This document shows positions 52,778 through 64,000 of a DNA stretch of 64,000 nt, in pieces (position 1 is the stretch's first letter; each line of letters opens with the position of its first letter). The stretch comes from Octopus vulgaris (lineage: Eukaryota), in NCBI GenBank assembly GCA_951406725.2, contig OX597839.1:7626001-7690000 (forward strand), in the 5' to 3' direction. The translations under genes were made by a program, and so were the position numbers. Below the pieces are notes generated by a model, which had not been told where the DNA came from, ran no database searches, and saw only the letters and a list, made by a program, of their open reading frames with translations.

Positions 52778-52941
52778 TGCAGTTTCGGCAGCCGGGGGTG
52801 TTTGTCTCCCCTTCGTATATGTATTTAAAGACACAGGGGAAATGTGTCAAAGCCATCAGGAGGCGTTCGATGCTTCCTAGGGCTATACAGCGGTGATGTA
52901 ACCCCTACTGTCACGTTCTTGTTAGATTGACAGTATATAAC

Positions 52942-52993
<52 letters not shown>

Positions 52994-53280
52994 GTATATA
53001 TATATATATTAAAATTAACAGAATGAGATAAAAATCCAAGGCTGTGAAAGATTTCAGAACATATATGTATATGTATATTGTATAAACGCATATATATATC
53101 TATACAAGTATATCTGAATGAGTGTATGTTTGTATGTTCTTACGCATTTGTAATTATATATGTGTGTGCATTTGTATATGTATGTGTGTGTGTGTCTGTG
53201 TACGTATGTATATAAATATGTATATATACATATATACATACATATATATTATATATACATACATGTGTGTGTATATATGT

Positions 53281-53361
<81 letters not shown>

Positions 53362-53559
53362 TACTTATACATACATAACCAGCATACATATGTATATTGA
53401 TACATACGTATGTATGCATGTATGTATGTAGGTATATGTGAATGGACGTACGTACATACTAAACAAGTTATTTGAAAATTAATATTGCTTCTTTCTGTTA
53501 TTACAGAGAAATCTTTTCGATGATATTTGCGCTTTTACTTTATTAAACATCTTCATAAT

Positions 53560-54490
53560 ATTTGTCCACCTTTTCCCCCTTCTTTTCCTTTTTTCTCATC
53601 CCTCTCCTTACTGATCTTCTTCATTTCTCTTTCTTTTTCTTCGTTTCAAATAATTTTGTCTTCTTTTCTTTGTGTCACTTCTTATCTCACTTTGTTCGTG
53701 AGTTGTTTTTGTTTGTCCTTTTCTTTCTTTTTAATATATCTACTTCTCGGTCTCCTTTGTTTCTTCCTCTCTTTCTTTCTTTCTTTCTTTTTTTATGGCT
53801 TTCTTTCTTCTTTCTTTCTTCCTTTCTTTCTATCTTTCTTTCCTTCTTTGATTTAGGTGTACTTTCTTTCCTAATTTATTTACCCCCGCTTTCTAGCTTT
53901 CTATTTTCTCTCCCACATTCTGTCCCCCACTCCACTATCGCTCACTCACTCCCCTCTCTATCTCTGTTCTTCGCTCTCTCTCTCTCTCTCTCTCATCATC
54001 TGTCTGTCTCTCGCTCCCTCCCTTTGTCCTTCTCTCTGTCTCTCTCATGCTCTCTCTCCTACCTCTCCTTCTTTGTCACTGCCTCTCTCTCTTTCTCTCT
54101 CTATCTCTCTCTCTCTCTTTCGCTCTATCTCTATCTCTCACTCTTTGCCTCTTTCTCTATCTGCCTTTCTTTGTCTCACCCTCTGTTTCTTTCTAGCTCT
54201 CTCTCTCTCTCTCTCTCTCTCTTTGTTTGTCTCTCTGTCTTTCCATCCATGTCTCTCTCACCTTCTATCTACACCCCCTCTCTCTCTCGCTTTCTCTCTC
54301 ACTTTCTCTCAATCTTTCTCTCACTCCGTCACTCATTGTCTTTCTCATATTTCATTTCTATTATTTCTTCATTCAACTTTCTTTCCCTCTCCTTTTTCTT
54401 TCCCCCTCTTTCTCCTTTTCCTTTCTAAACCATCATTGCTTTCAACATTTCTTCCTTTCTTCGTCTGCCTCTTTTCTTCTCGTATTCATT
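53560..54490. repeat. Long CT-rich (polypyrimidine) low-complexity tract
   Basis: Direct inspection; a purine-rich counterpart lies at about 48160-48940. Confidence 0.85.
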
Positions 54491-55052
54491 CCCCTTTGTT
54501 ACCAAGCTTACGTGTGTCGTCTGCATCCGTCAATGGAGACATCTTGTTTGAAGAAGAGGCCCACTTCAGAATTCAATAAAACTGGTTTTAATAACAGAAG
54601 GCAGTGAACAGAATTACAGAACCAAATAAATTAGTAATACTTAATGCTTTCTCCGCCAGCTTCAACATCGAAATTTCCAGTTCGAGACACTGAGCTACCC
54701 ATTTATTGAATTATAAGGTTAAGTAGTTGCGTATTCCACATACCCACTTGTACGTTTAATATAATAGTGAAACAGAGGGTGGTCTTTTGAATTACGGGTA
54801 GCGTTCATCCTACACAGTAAACCGATAAGTATTTCGTATATACAGTTGTGCGCCGTTCAATTGATCCTTAAGGCAGAATGAGCGTGACACTTCGTGTGAC
54901 AAAACTGGTTGCGTGAATTACAGGAATCTTTTACGATTCATTTGCTTCTGTCATTGGATAGCGGCCACGCTGGAGCACCGCCTTGAAGAGGTTTGTCGAA
55001 CAAATGGACAGCACGACTCATTTTTAAAACCTGGTAATATTCTTTGGAGTTA

Positions 55053-55330
55053 TACTCTTTTACTCTTTCACTATTTTACTTGCTTCAGTCATTTGACTGT
55101 GGCCATGCTGGAGCACCGCTTTTAGTCGAGCAAATCGACCCCGGGACTTATTCTTTGTAAGCCTAGTACTTATTCTATCGCATCTCTTTTGCCCAACCGC
55201 TAAGTGACGGGGACGTAAACACACCAGCATCGGTTGTCAAATGATGTTGGGTAGACAAACACAAACACACACACAAACACACACACATACACACACACAC
55301 ACACAACACACACACACACACACACACACA

Positions 55331-55374
<44 letters not shown>

Positions 55375-55547
55375 TATATACGACGGGCTCCTTTCAGTTT
55401 CCGTCTACCAAATCCACTCACAAGGCTTTGGTCGGTCCGAGGCTATAGTAGAAGATACTTGCCCAAGGTGTCACGCAGTGGGACTAAATCCAGAACTCAG
55501 AACCATGTGGTTGGTAAGCAAGCTACTCACCACACAGCCACTCCTGC
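55053..55547 (-). mobile_element. SINE-A, full length
   Basis: Same head and tail as the other copies. Confidence 0.9.
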
Positions 55548-55939
55548 TTATAATTTAATTTTTTTTATATATTCTTTTTTGCCGAAATAACAATGTTATG
55601 GGGATGTATACAAACCAACTGTGGCTCTTAAGAGGTTGGTTGATAATGAACAAATACAAGGTAACATACACACACATGTATCAACAGATATACTTTACGA
55701 TGGGCTTCTATCCAGTTTCCGTATTACATATTCGCTCAAGTAATTGGTCCAGGGTTTATAGCAGAAGACTACCCAAGGTTAAATCCGCCTTTTTTCTCTC
55801 ATTTCCTGAGCGTCCAATAACACTATACTTGTTACATGCGCATTGGAATAGGATGATGTTGAAGATGATGATGATGATGATGATGACGACGATAAGGATG
55901 GCGATGATGATGATGAGGAGGAGGAGGGGGAGAAGGATA

Positions 55940-55971
<32 letters not shown>

Positions 55972-56306
55972 AACGATAAAGATGGCGATAATTACGAGGT
56001 TGACAATGACGATGGAGGGGATGATGATGATGGTGATGATGATGGTTGTCATGAGGAAATGATGACGTTGGTGGTGACGATGATGATGATGACGGTGAGT
56101 GAGTGTGTATGTGCGTGTGTGTGACAATGATGATGATGATGATGTGTGTGTGTGTGTGTGTGTGTAACAGCTGTACTGTCCCAGATAAAGTGTCAACAGA
56201 ATTCCATTTTTTAGCTTTTAATTAAATTTTGCATAGGCAGCAGATGATCGAAGATTAAGTTCTTCCTGATAGAAAAAAAAAATACAGAACACACTAACCA
56301 AACATA

Positions 56307-57321
56307 GCGCATGCGTGATTGAGTGGTAAGAAGTAAGAAGTGGTGAGCTGCCAGAAACGTTAGCACGCCGGACGAAATGCTTAGCAGGTATTTCGGCTAC
56401 CGTTACGTTCTGAGTTCAAAACCGCCGAGGTTGACTTTGTCTTTCATCCTTTCGGGGTCGTTTAAATAAGTACCAGTTACGCACTGGGGTCGATATAATC
56501 GACTTAACCCCTTTGTCTGTCCTTGTTTGTCCCCTCTGTGCTTAGCCCCTTGTGGGTAGTAAAGAAATAGGTAATTCGTCTGCCGTTACGTTCTGAGTTC
56601 AAATTCCGCCGAGGTCGACTTTGCCTTTCATGCTTTCGGGGTCGATTAAATAAGTACCAGTTACGCACTGAGGTCGATGTAATCGACTTAACCCCTTTGT
56701 CTGTCCTTGTTTGTCCCCTCTGTGCTTAGCCCCTTGTGGGTAGTAAAGAAATAGGTAAATCGTCTGCCGCTACGTTCTGAGTTCAAATTCCGCCGAGGTC
56801 GACTTTGCCTTTCATGCTTTCGGGGTCGATTAAATAAGTACCAGTTACGCACTAGGGTCGATATAATCGACTTAACCCCTTTGTCTGTCCTTGTTTGTCC
56901 CCTCTGTGCTTAGCCCCTTGTGGGCAATAAAGACATAAGAAGTAAGAAGCTTGCTTCCCAACCACATGGTATCGGGTTTCAGTCACACAGTGTGGCACCT
57001 GGGGCAAATGTCTTCTACTATAGCCTCGGACCAACCAAAGCCCTGTCAATGGATTGGTAACCGAAAACTGAAAGAAGTTCAACGTTAACGTTTGTGTGTG
57101 TGTGTGTGTGTGTGTGTGCCTGTGTGCATTTTATTCCCGTCATCGCTTGACAACAAGCGTACGTGCGTTTACGTAGCCGTAACATAACAGTTCAGCAAAA
57201 GCGACCGATAGAATAAGTACCGTTCTTAAAAAAGGTAAAATGAGTGCTGATATCGATTTATACGACTGAAAGTTCCTCAGGACGGTGCTCCAGCATGGCT
57301 GCAGTCTAATCAATGAAACAT
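56307..57321 (+). mobile_element. Old SINE-A interrupted by a SINE-B trimer
   Basis: Head gcgcatgcgtgattgagtggtaagaag resumes at about 56943 with aagaagcttgcttcccaaccacatgg. Confidence 0.75.
56341..56935 (+). mobile_element. SINE-B tandem trimer
   Basis: One head plus three units of about 184 bp; flanked by the duplicated taagaagtaagaag (56327-56340 and 56936-56949). Confidence 0.9.
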
Positions 57322-57695
57322 GTTTAGGAAGGAAGATAGAGATAGCCTAATAGCTGCACACGTAACGAAAGCAATGGAGGAACATTGCGCTTTTAGAAGA
57401 AGAATATTTATTGTTTTTAGAAACTACAAATACGTTGTATGTAACAACTGAATTGATATTGTAGCATTTGTAAAGAAATGCCCAGAGAAATTAAACTATA
57501 ACCCCGACCCCTAAGAGTGCAACAGACAGTCGGAACAGAGAAAATGAGGCTATCATTTGGGGTAGTAGGGTTGAAGAGAGAAAGAGATACTATACTCGTT
57601 TGTACCCGACAGTAAACCTATTAATTAGTTTATATATGTATATATGTTTATGTATATGTGTGTGTACGTGTGTTTGTGTCTGTGTATGTATGTGA

Positions 57696-57734
<39 letters not shown>

Positions 57735-57838
57735 TACAATGTATACATATATATGTGCACACTCATTTATATATATATATACACAAATGCATATATATAT
57801 GAGTGTGTATACATGTGTTTGTACATATGTTTATATGA

Positions 57839-57873
<35 letters not shown>

Positions 57874-57994
57874 TGTGTGTGCTTGTGTGCTTGTGTGTGC
57901 ATGTATGTATGTATGAACATAGATATTGAAATCCACCAGAATCAATATTAGAGATTTTGGAGTGTGTGGTAGGTACAGTTACAAGCGATAGAAA

Positions 57995-58620
57995 CACCAA
58001 TATCACCACAACCACCACTACCACTACCACCACCACCACCATCAGCATCACCACCACCACTACTACAACCATCCAACACCACCATCACATCACCACCACA
58101 ACCACAACCACCACGACCACCACTATTACCACTACAACCACCACAACCACCACCACCACAACCACCACGACCATCACCATCACCACCACAACCACAACCA
58201 CCAATACCACCATCACCACCACAACCACTATCACCACAACCACCACCACCACCAATACCAACACCACCACCACCAACCACCACCACCACCTCCACCACCA
58301 CCACAACCACAAGCACAACCACCACAACCACCACCACCACCACCAGGACCACAACCACAACCACCATCACCACCACAACCACAATCACCACAACCACCAC
58401 CACCAATACCAACACCAACACCACCACCACCAGGACCACAACCACAACCACCAATACCACCACAACCACAACCACCAATACCACCACTACCACCAGGACC
58501 ACAACCACAGCCACCATCACCACCACAACCGCAATCACCACAACCACCACCACCACCACCAACACCACCACATCCACCACCATCACCATCACCATCATCA
58601 TCATCATCATCATCATCACA
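57995..58620. repeat. (ACC)-rich compound repeat
   Basis: Direct inspection. Confidence 0.9.
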
Positions 58621-59227
58621 CAATCATTTAAAAGAAAACGAAAGAAAAAGCAAAATAAAAACAAAAACGAAACAAAGAATAGCCCTTATGAATGAAGTAC
58701 AATTCAAAAACGAAGCAATATATTTTTTTAAAAATACAAGCAAAATACAACAAGAGTAACGACAGCAACCACAATCTCCCCCACCCCCTTTGACCCCCAC
58801 CCTCCCCCCCCCAAAAAAAGAAACATATTTCGGCAAACTGGTGCCATCCATTGTCTGCAGGAACATATGGTATTCACGACCAAGCATTTGGATATCAAAT
58901 TATTAGCTCACATTGATTTATGATATCATTCAAAGAACTACATTGCCCGCTCATTCGTATCCAATAACAACAGGAAAGGAATTAAAAATAAATAGATAAA
59001 TTTAAAAAACAAAAAAACAATCGCAAAAATGAATAACAGCCAGTTAAGTATATGCAGGAAAAAAAGGAGAAGAATTTCATGGCAGACCTGCAGCAGAAAT
59101 TACTTCAGTCAGTTTCTTCGTTTTTTTTTACAGATGCACCTTAATATTGATGTGTATACGAGTGTGTGTAGATGTGAATGTGTGTGTAAACTCAGAGTAA
59201 CAGGTTTTGTTGAATTTTCTGCTGCTT

Positions 59228-59259
<32 letters not shown>

Positions 59260-59263
<4 letters not shown>

Positions 59264-59433
59264 GGGAGAATTCAAACACACAAAAAAAAACAACAAAAGA
59301 CAGGTGGTGTAGACAACAAACAGACGTATTAGAGTAACGCTCGGGAAGTGAAAAAGTCTTTAACGTTTCGAGCCTACGCTCTTTCACAGAAAGGAAACAG
59401 AAAGAAACAAGGAGAGAAAAGAATGTGTAGGGG

Positions 59434-59434
<1 letters not shown>
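59260..59434 (-). mobile_element. H3-type pLTR-like element in (TA)n with an HHR-like motif at 59358-59393
   Basis: Homologous to 19399-19548; sense CUUU-CUGUGAAA-GAGC guag GCUC-GAAA-CG-UU-AAAG; (TA)n on both sides. Confidence 0.7.
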
Positions 59435-59494
<60 letters not shown>

Positions 59495-59496
<2 letters not shown>

Positions 59497-59641
59497 AGCG
59501 CGTAACTGGTACTTAATATACCGATCCCGAAAGGATGAAAGGCAAAGTCGACCCCGGCGGAATTTGAACACAGAACGAAACGGCAGACGAAATACCGCTA
59601 AGCATTTCGCCCGGTGTGCTAACGATTCTGCCAGCTCACCA
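59495..59641 (-). mobile_element. SINE-B 5' part
   Basis: aaaggatgaaaggcaaagtcgacc..ttctgccagctcacc. Confidence 0.85.
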
Positions 59642-60410
59642 CTTCTGATAATGATGTTATTTTTGTTGTTGCTGTTGTTGTTGTTGGCGTCGTTGCCCCT
59701 ATATTTGTGCGTAGGTGAATCTGAAAGAATATTAAGTGTAGCCCTTTATGTTTTAAAAGATTCAAATAGCCTTAACATAGATTTAAAAAACAAAGGATTA
59801 AAAATCTGTCAGTAAACCATACCTCACGAATACACACATACACATATACACGCACACATAACTGACACACCTCACACACACACACATACGCACATACGCT
59901 CATACACACCACAGACATACCACACACACTCACAAACTGACGCACACATGTACACACACACATACACACAGGTGCATTTGTGCGTGTGCGCATAATATAT
60001 TTATGAGTGTGTACATAGTCACACCTGGATATATACATATACATATATATATTATATATATATATATACAAGATGTATGTATGTATATATATATATATAT
60101 ATATATGCATGTATACACCTGTAGATTATATATATATATATATATATGCATATATCAAGATGTTTGTATATATATATATGTATATATATATATGTGTGTA
60201 TATGTGTATGTATAATATCTACATGTGTATATATATTATATATATATATACACTAGTTATGTGTGTGTAAGTATGGATGATGTAAAAATGTGCGTGCGGC
60301 TGTGTGTTTGTGAATGTGTGCGCGTGTGTGTGTTGAATATTCTGAATACTGGCTATACATTTTCTAGCTTATGTATACACGCGCACACACACACACAAGC
60401 ACACAAACAC

Positions 60411-60483
<73 letters not shown>

Positions 60484-60602
60484 TATACAGAAGCACATAA
60501 GCACATACACACATATGTGAGTTTATGAGTTTATGAGTTTTTGCGTATGAGCAGAGATTTGTGTATATGTCTGTATAAGTCTATGTGTATTTGTCGTGTG
60601 TT

Positions 60603-60642
<40 letters not shown>

Positions 60643-61349
60643 TGTGTGTCTGTGTGTCTGTGTCTGTGTGTGTTTTGAATGGCTGTACATGTGTGTACAT
60701 GTTTTAAAAGCGTTATTTACCTTATCTTTAAATATTATATTGTAAATATTTTCATTTCGAATTCGTGTCACGTTTCAAGTTGAACATTAAAATAAAATAT
60801 GGAGAGGGAATATTCAAGCGACAAAGCCTTATAGAATATGAGCAAATGAAGAAAATATATGTCCATATGTATGCTTGTGTCTGTATGGGTGGGTGTGTAT
60901 GTGTGAAAGAGAGAGTGTGTGTGTGGGTGTGTGTTTGGGTGTGGGGGTGTGTAGGTGTGTGTGTGTGTGTTTGCTGTGTATTCTTGGTTTGTCGATGATC
61001 TATTGTCTTGTTGTTGTTGGTCTTGTTCGTGTGGTGATGGTGGTGGTGCTTGTGGTGGTGGCGGTGTTGTTGTTGTTGTTGTTGCGGGCGGTGGTGGTGG
61101 TGGTGGTGGTGGTGGTGGTGATGGCGGATAATATTCTTCATATGGTGTATAAATTGTTTATGCTTGTTTTGAAAGGGCTAGCATTTGTATTTGAGATGAT
61201 GCCAATGATGATGATGATGATGATGACCAAGGTGATGATGATGGCAATGATGATGATGATGATGTTGTCGAAGATGATGATGACGACGATGACGATGATA
61301 ATGACGATGACGACGACAATGATGGTGACGATGCTGCTGATAATGATGT

Positions 61350-61395
<46 letters not shown>

Positions 61396-61904
61396 GATGA
61401 TGAAGAGCTCGAAGCAATACAGAAAAACAAAATACAAAGAAACGGTTAAAACGGATCGTTTACAATGGCGCGTGGGCTGGTTTAACAGAGAAAGATACAC
61501 AAACGTTAAAAGATGTTATACAATATAGAAACAGACAATTTCAAATTTATAATGCAAAATTCTACAGAAAACAATAAAAAAAATATGTATTATAACTTAC
61601 TCTATAATTCACAGATACCTTTTCCTTTTTATCTTTTACTTGTTCCATTCAGTGAGCTGCTGCCATACTGGGGCATCGCCTTCTGGCTTTAGTCTCGTGT
61701 TTGTCAGCCATTTTTCTTTTTTACCTGTAGATCGATTTGATTCTTATTTTACGCAACTCATTCGACGTAGCTGATACATATTTTTAAAAATCGTATTGTA
61801 TTTAAATCATTTGAAAATTTTTAAGAATTGTATAAAGATAAATGTTAAATTCTCTTGTGTATTGTAAAAGAATAACCAATTTCTTGCGCATAAATTTTAA
61901 CAAT

Positions 61905-62135
61905 GGAGGCACATGGCCTAGTGGTCAGAGCAGTGGACACGCAGTCGAGTGATCGCGGGTTCGAATCTCAGACCGGCTCCGGCAGAAGGTAATGGCGAAC
62001 TTCTGCTGACTCTTTCGCCACAATTTTCCCTCACTCTTTCCTCCTGCATCTTGCAGCTCACCTGCGACGGTCCGGCATCCCATCCAGGTGGGGAACCTAT
62101 ACGCCAAGGAAACCGGGAAACCGGCTCATTATGAC
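61905..62135 (+). mobile_element. SINE-C type 2 with an internal deletion
   Basis: Matches 14928-15200 but lacks about 45 nt after ctcagaccgg. Confidence 0.85.
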
Positions 62136-62447
62136 CCAGCAATAGAACCTTATTTCGAACCCTTAAGATTGGTATGGATCCCAGTTGAGAACCACTGGTA
62201 TAGTCGAACAAGTAGTCGAACAAACAGGACATTAACAATACACACAAACACACACACACATATATATGTATATATACATTTCTATAAATATAAAAAATAT
62301 ACCTATACATATACGAATGCGTAAATACGTACGTACGTAAATATTTGTACATGTTTGAAAGGCATAGAATGAAAGATTTTCCTACTTAAATCCTGTTTTG
62401 TCTGTATATGACTACCTATGCTTGTGCATATAAGTGTGAGTGTGAAA

Positions 62448-62886
62448 GGCGACGAGCTGGCAGAAACGTTAGCACGCCTGGCGAAATGCGTAGCCGTATT
62501 TCGTCTGCCGTTACGTTCTGAGTTCAAATTCCGCCGAGGTCGATTTTGCCTTTCGTCCTTTCGGAGTCGATTAATTAAGTACCAGTTACGCACTGGGGTC
62601 GATATAATCGACTTAATCCGTTTGTCTGTCCCTGCTTGTCCCCTCTGTGTTTAGCCCCTTGTGGGCAGTAAAGAAATAGACGCCGGGCGAAATGCGTAGC
62701 CGTATTTCGTCTGCTGTTACGTTCTGAGTTCAAATTCCGCGGAGGTCGACTTTTGCCTTTCATCCTTTCGGGGTCGATTAAATAAGTACCAGTTACGCAC
62801 TGGGGTCGATATAATCGACTTAATCCGTTTGTCTGTCCTTGTCTGTCTCCTCTGTGCTTAGCCCCTTATGGGTAGTAAAGAAATAG
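62448..62886 (+). mobile_element. SINE-B tandem dimer
   Basis: Head ggcgacgagctggcagaaacg and two core units; ataagtgtg on both flanks. Confidence 0.9.
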
Positions 62887-63369
62887 ATAAGTGTGTGTGT
62901 GTGTGTGAGTGTGCGTATATGTGTACATGTGCGTGTGTGTGTATATGTGTGTCTGTGTGTGTGTGTGTGCGTCTGTGCGTGCGTGTGTGTACGTGTGCCT
63001 ATATGTATTCCGCTGCGTTTGTATTTGTAATTGCGTTTGTATTTGTAATTGTGTACCATTTCTCCGTCAACGATTTGGATTACTGACAGTAAAATGGCGA
63101 ATATTCACTTGAATGCTGTCAGGTTCTGTTGTCTTCGTTGGAAATGGTTTTGCTGTTTAGTTAGAACTGAACTTCATTCGACAAATTCTATAAAAATAGA
63201 AATTCCATTACTGATGTGACCATCCCAACTTTTGTTCAGCGACATTCTATCCACAACCGCCTCAGCCAATGTGTCCTCCATATTTTCTTTTAAAGACTGT
63301 AATTGGCAGCTAATTTTAAATCGAACAGGTAGCAGCGTTCTGGTTAATTCCTCTAACACCAGCAACAAA

Positions 63370-63496
63370 AGCACAGCAGTAGCAGTAGCAATAGTAGTAG
63401 TAGTAGTAGTATTAGTAGTAGCAGCAGCAGTAGTAGTAGTAGAAGTAGTAGTAACGATTGTGTTGTTGGTGGTGGTGGTGATATTATGGCTGTTAC

Positions 63497-63540
<44 letters not shown>

Positions 63541-63541
63541 C

Positions 63542-63585
<44 letters not shown>

Positions 63586-63600
63586 CAGCAGTAGTAGTAA

Positions 63601-63650
<50 letters not shown>

Positions 63651-63703
63651 ATAGTAACGATTGTGTTGGTGGTGCTGGTGATCTTATGGCTCTTACAGCA
63701 GCA

Positions 63704-63758
<55 letters not shown>

Positions 63759-63849
63759 TAGTAGTAACGGTTGTCTTAGTGGTGGTGGCGCTCTTATGGC
63801 TGTTACAGTATTATTATTATTATTATTAGTAGTAGTAGTAGTAGTAGTA

Positions 63850-63880
<31 letters not shown>

Positions 63881-63925
63881 TCGGGGGTGACGGTGGTGGT
63901 GGTGGTGGTGGTGGTGGTGGTTGTG
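63370..63925. repeat. Compound (GTA)/(GCA)/(GTT)/(GGT) tract with a thrice-repeated spacer
   Basis: gtaacgattgtgttg..ttatggctgttacag recurs at about 63449, 63653 and 63763. Confidence 0.85.
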
Positions 63926-64000
63926 TGTTTAGTGATGGTGGTTTTGTTACTACCAGATCCACGGTGATTGAACAGACTTATAGTCAAAGGCCCTCCAGCC

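Larger units (their letters stand above)
52272..52949. mobile_element. Family H1 hammerhead element as a 277-bp inverted duplication plus a 41-bp terminal direct repeat
   Basis: Arms 52272-52548 and 52630-52906 are near-perfect reverse complements; 52547-52587 repeats directly at 52909-52949 (period 362); flanked by (TG)n and (TA)n. Confidence 0.88.

Noticed and set aside
56341-56935. Regular repeats suggestive of a CRISPR array or satellite
   Set aside because: The units are whole SINE segments with no unique spacers, in a eukaryotic context.
62150-62198. hAT-type terminus gttgagaaccactg
   Set aside because: Only one end is visible, with no matching TIR or TSD; too fragmentary to annotate.

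Overview
AT-rich eukaryotic, very repeat-dense, apparently non-genic (intronic or intergenic) DNA. The SINE families and the microsatellite load point to an octopus (coleoid cephalopod) genome; this is an inference. I found no host protein-coding exon I can support, and almost all listed ORFs are translated microsatellites. Real coding remnants are: a Neptune-type Penelope-like element (PLE; RT + GIY-YIG) in a head-to-head inverted arrangement (34.7-37.9 kb), two R4/Dong-type LINE 3' ends sitting in (TAA)n, CR1- and RTE-type LINE fragments, and a 2.1-kb ORF1-only (CCHC) retroelement with a 15-bp TSD. There are also three tRNA-derived SINE groups, hAT and Merlin-like MITEs, and a small Helitron-like element. 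The main hidden signal, found by reading both strands by eye, is about 11 type I hammerhead ribozyme (HHR) or HHR-like motifs in at least five sequence families. Two lie in the 3' UTR of the autonomous PLE (U3-A8 compensatory core). The others lie in short non-coding elements that mostly sit in (TA)n and often carry a PLE-style inverted copy of part of themselves. One family (26.2-26.7 kb and 52.3-52.9 kb) shows covarying stems, a long rod-like fold and a terminally redundant 362-nt unit, making it a candidate retrozyme or circular-RNA system mobilised by PLEs. All folds are manual and untested.
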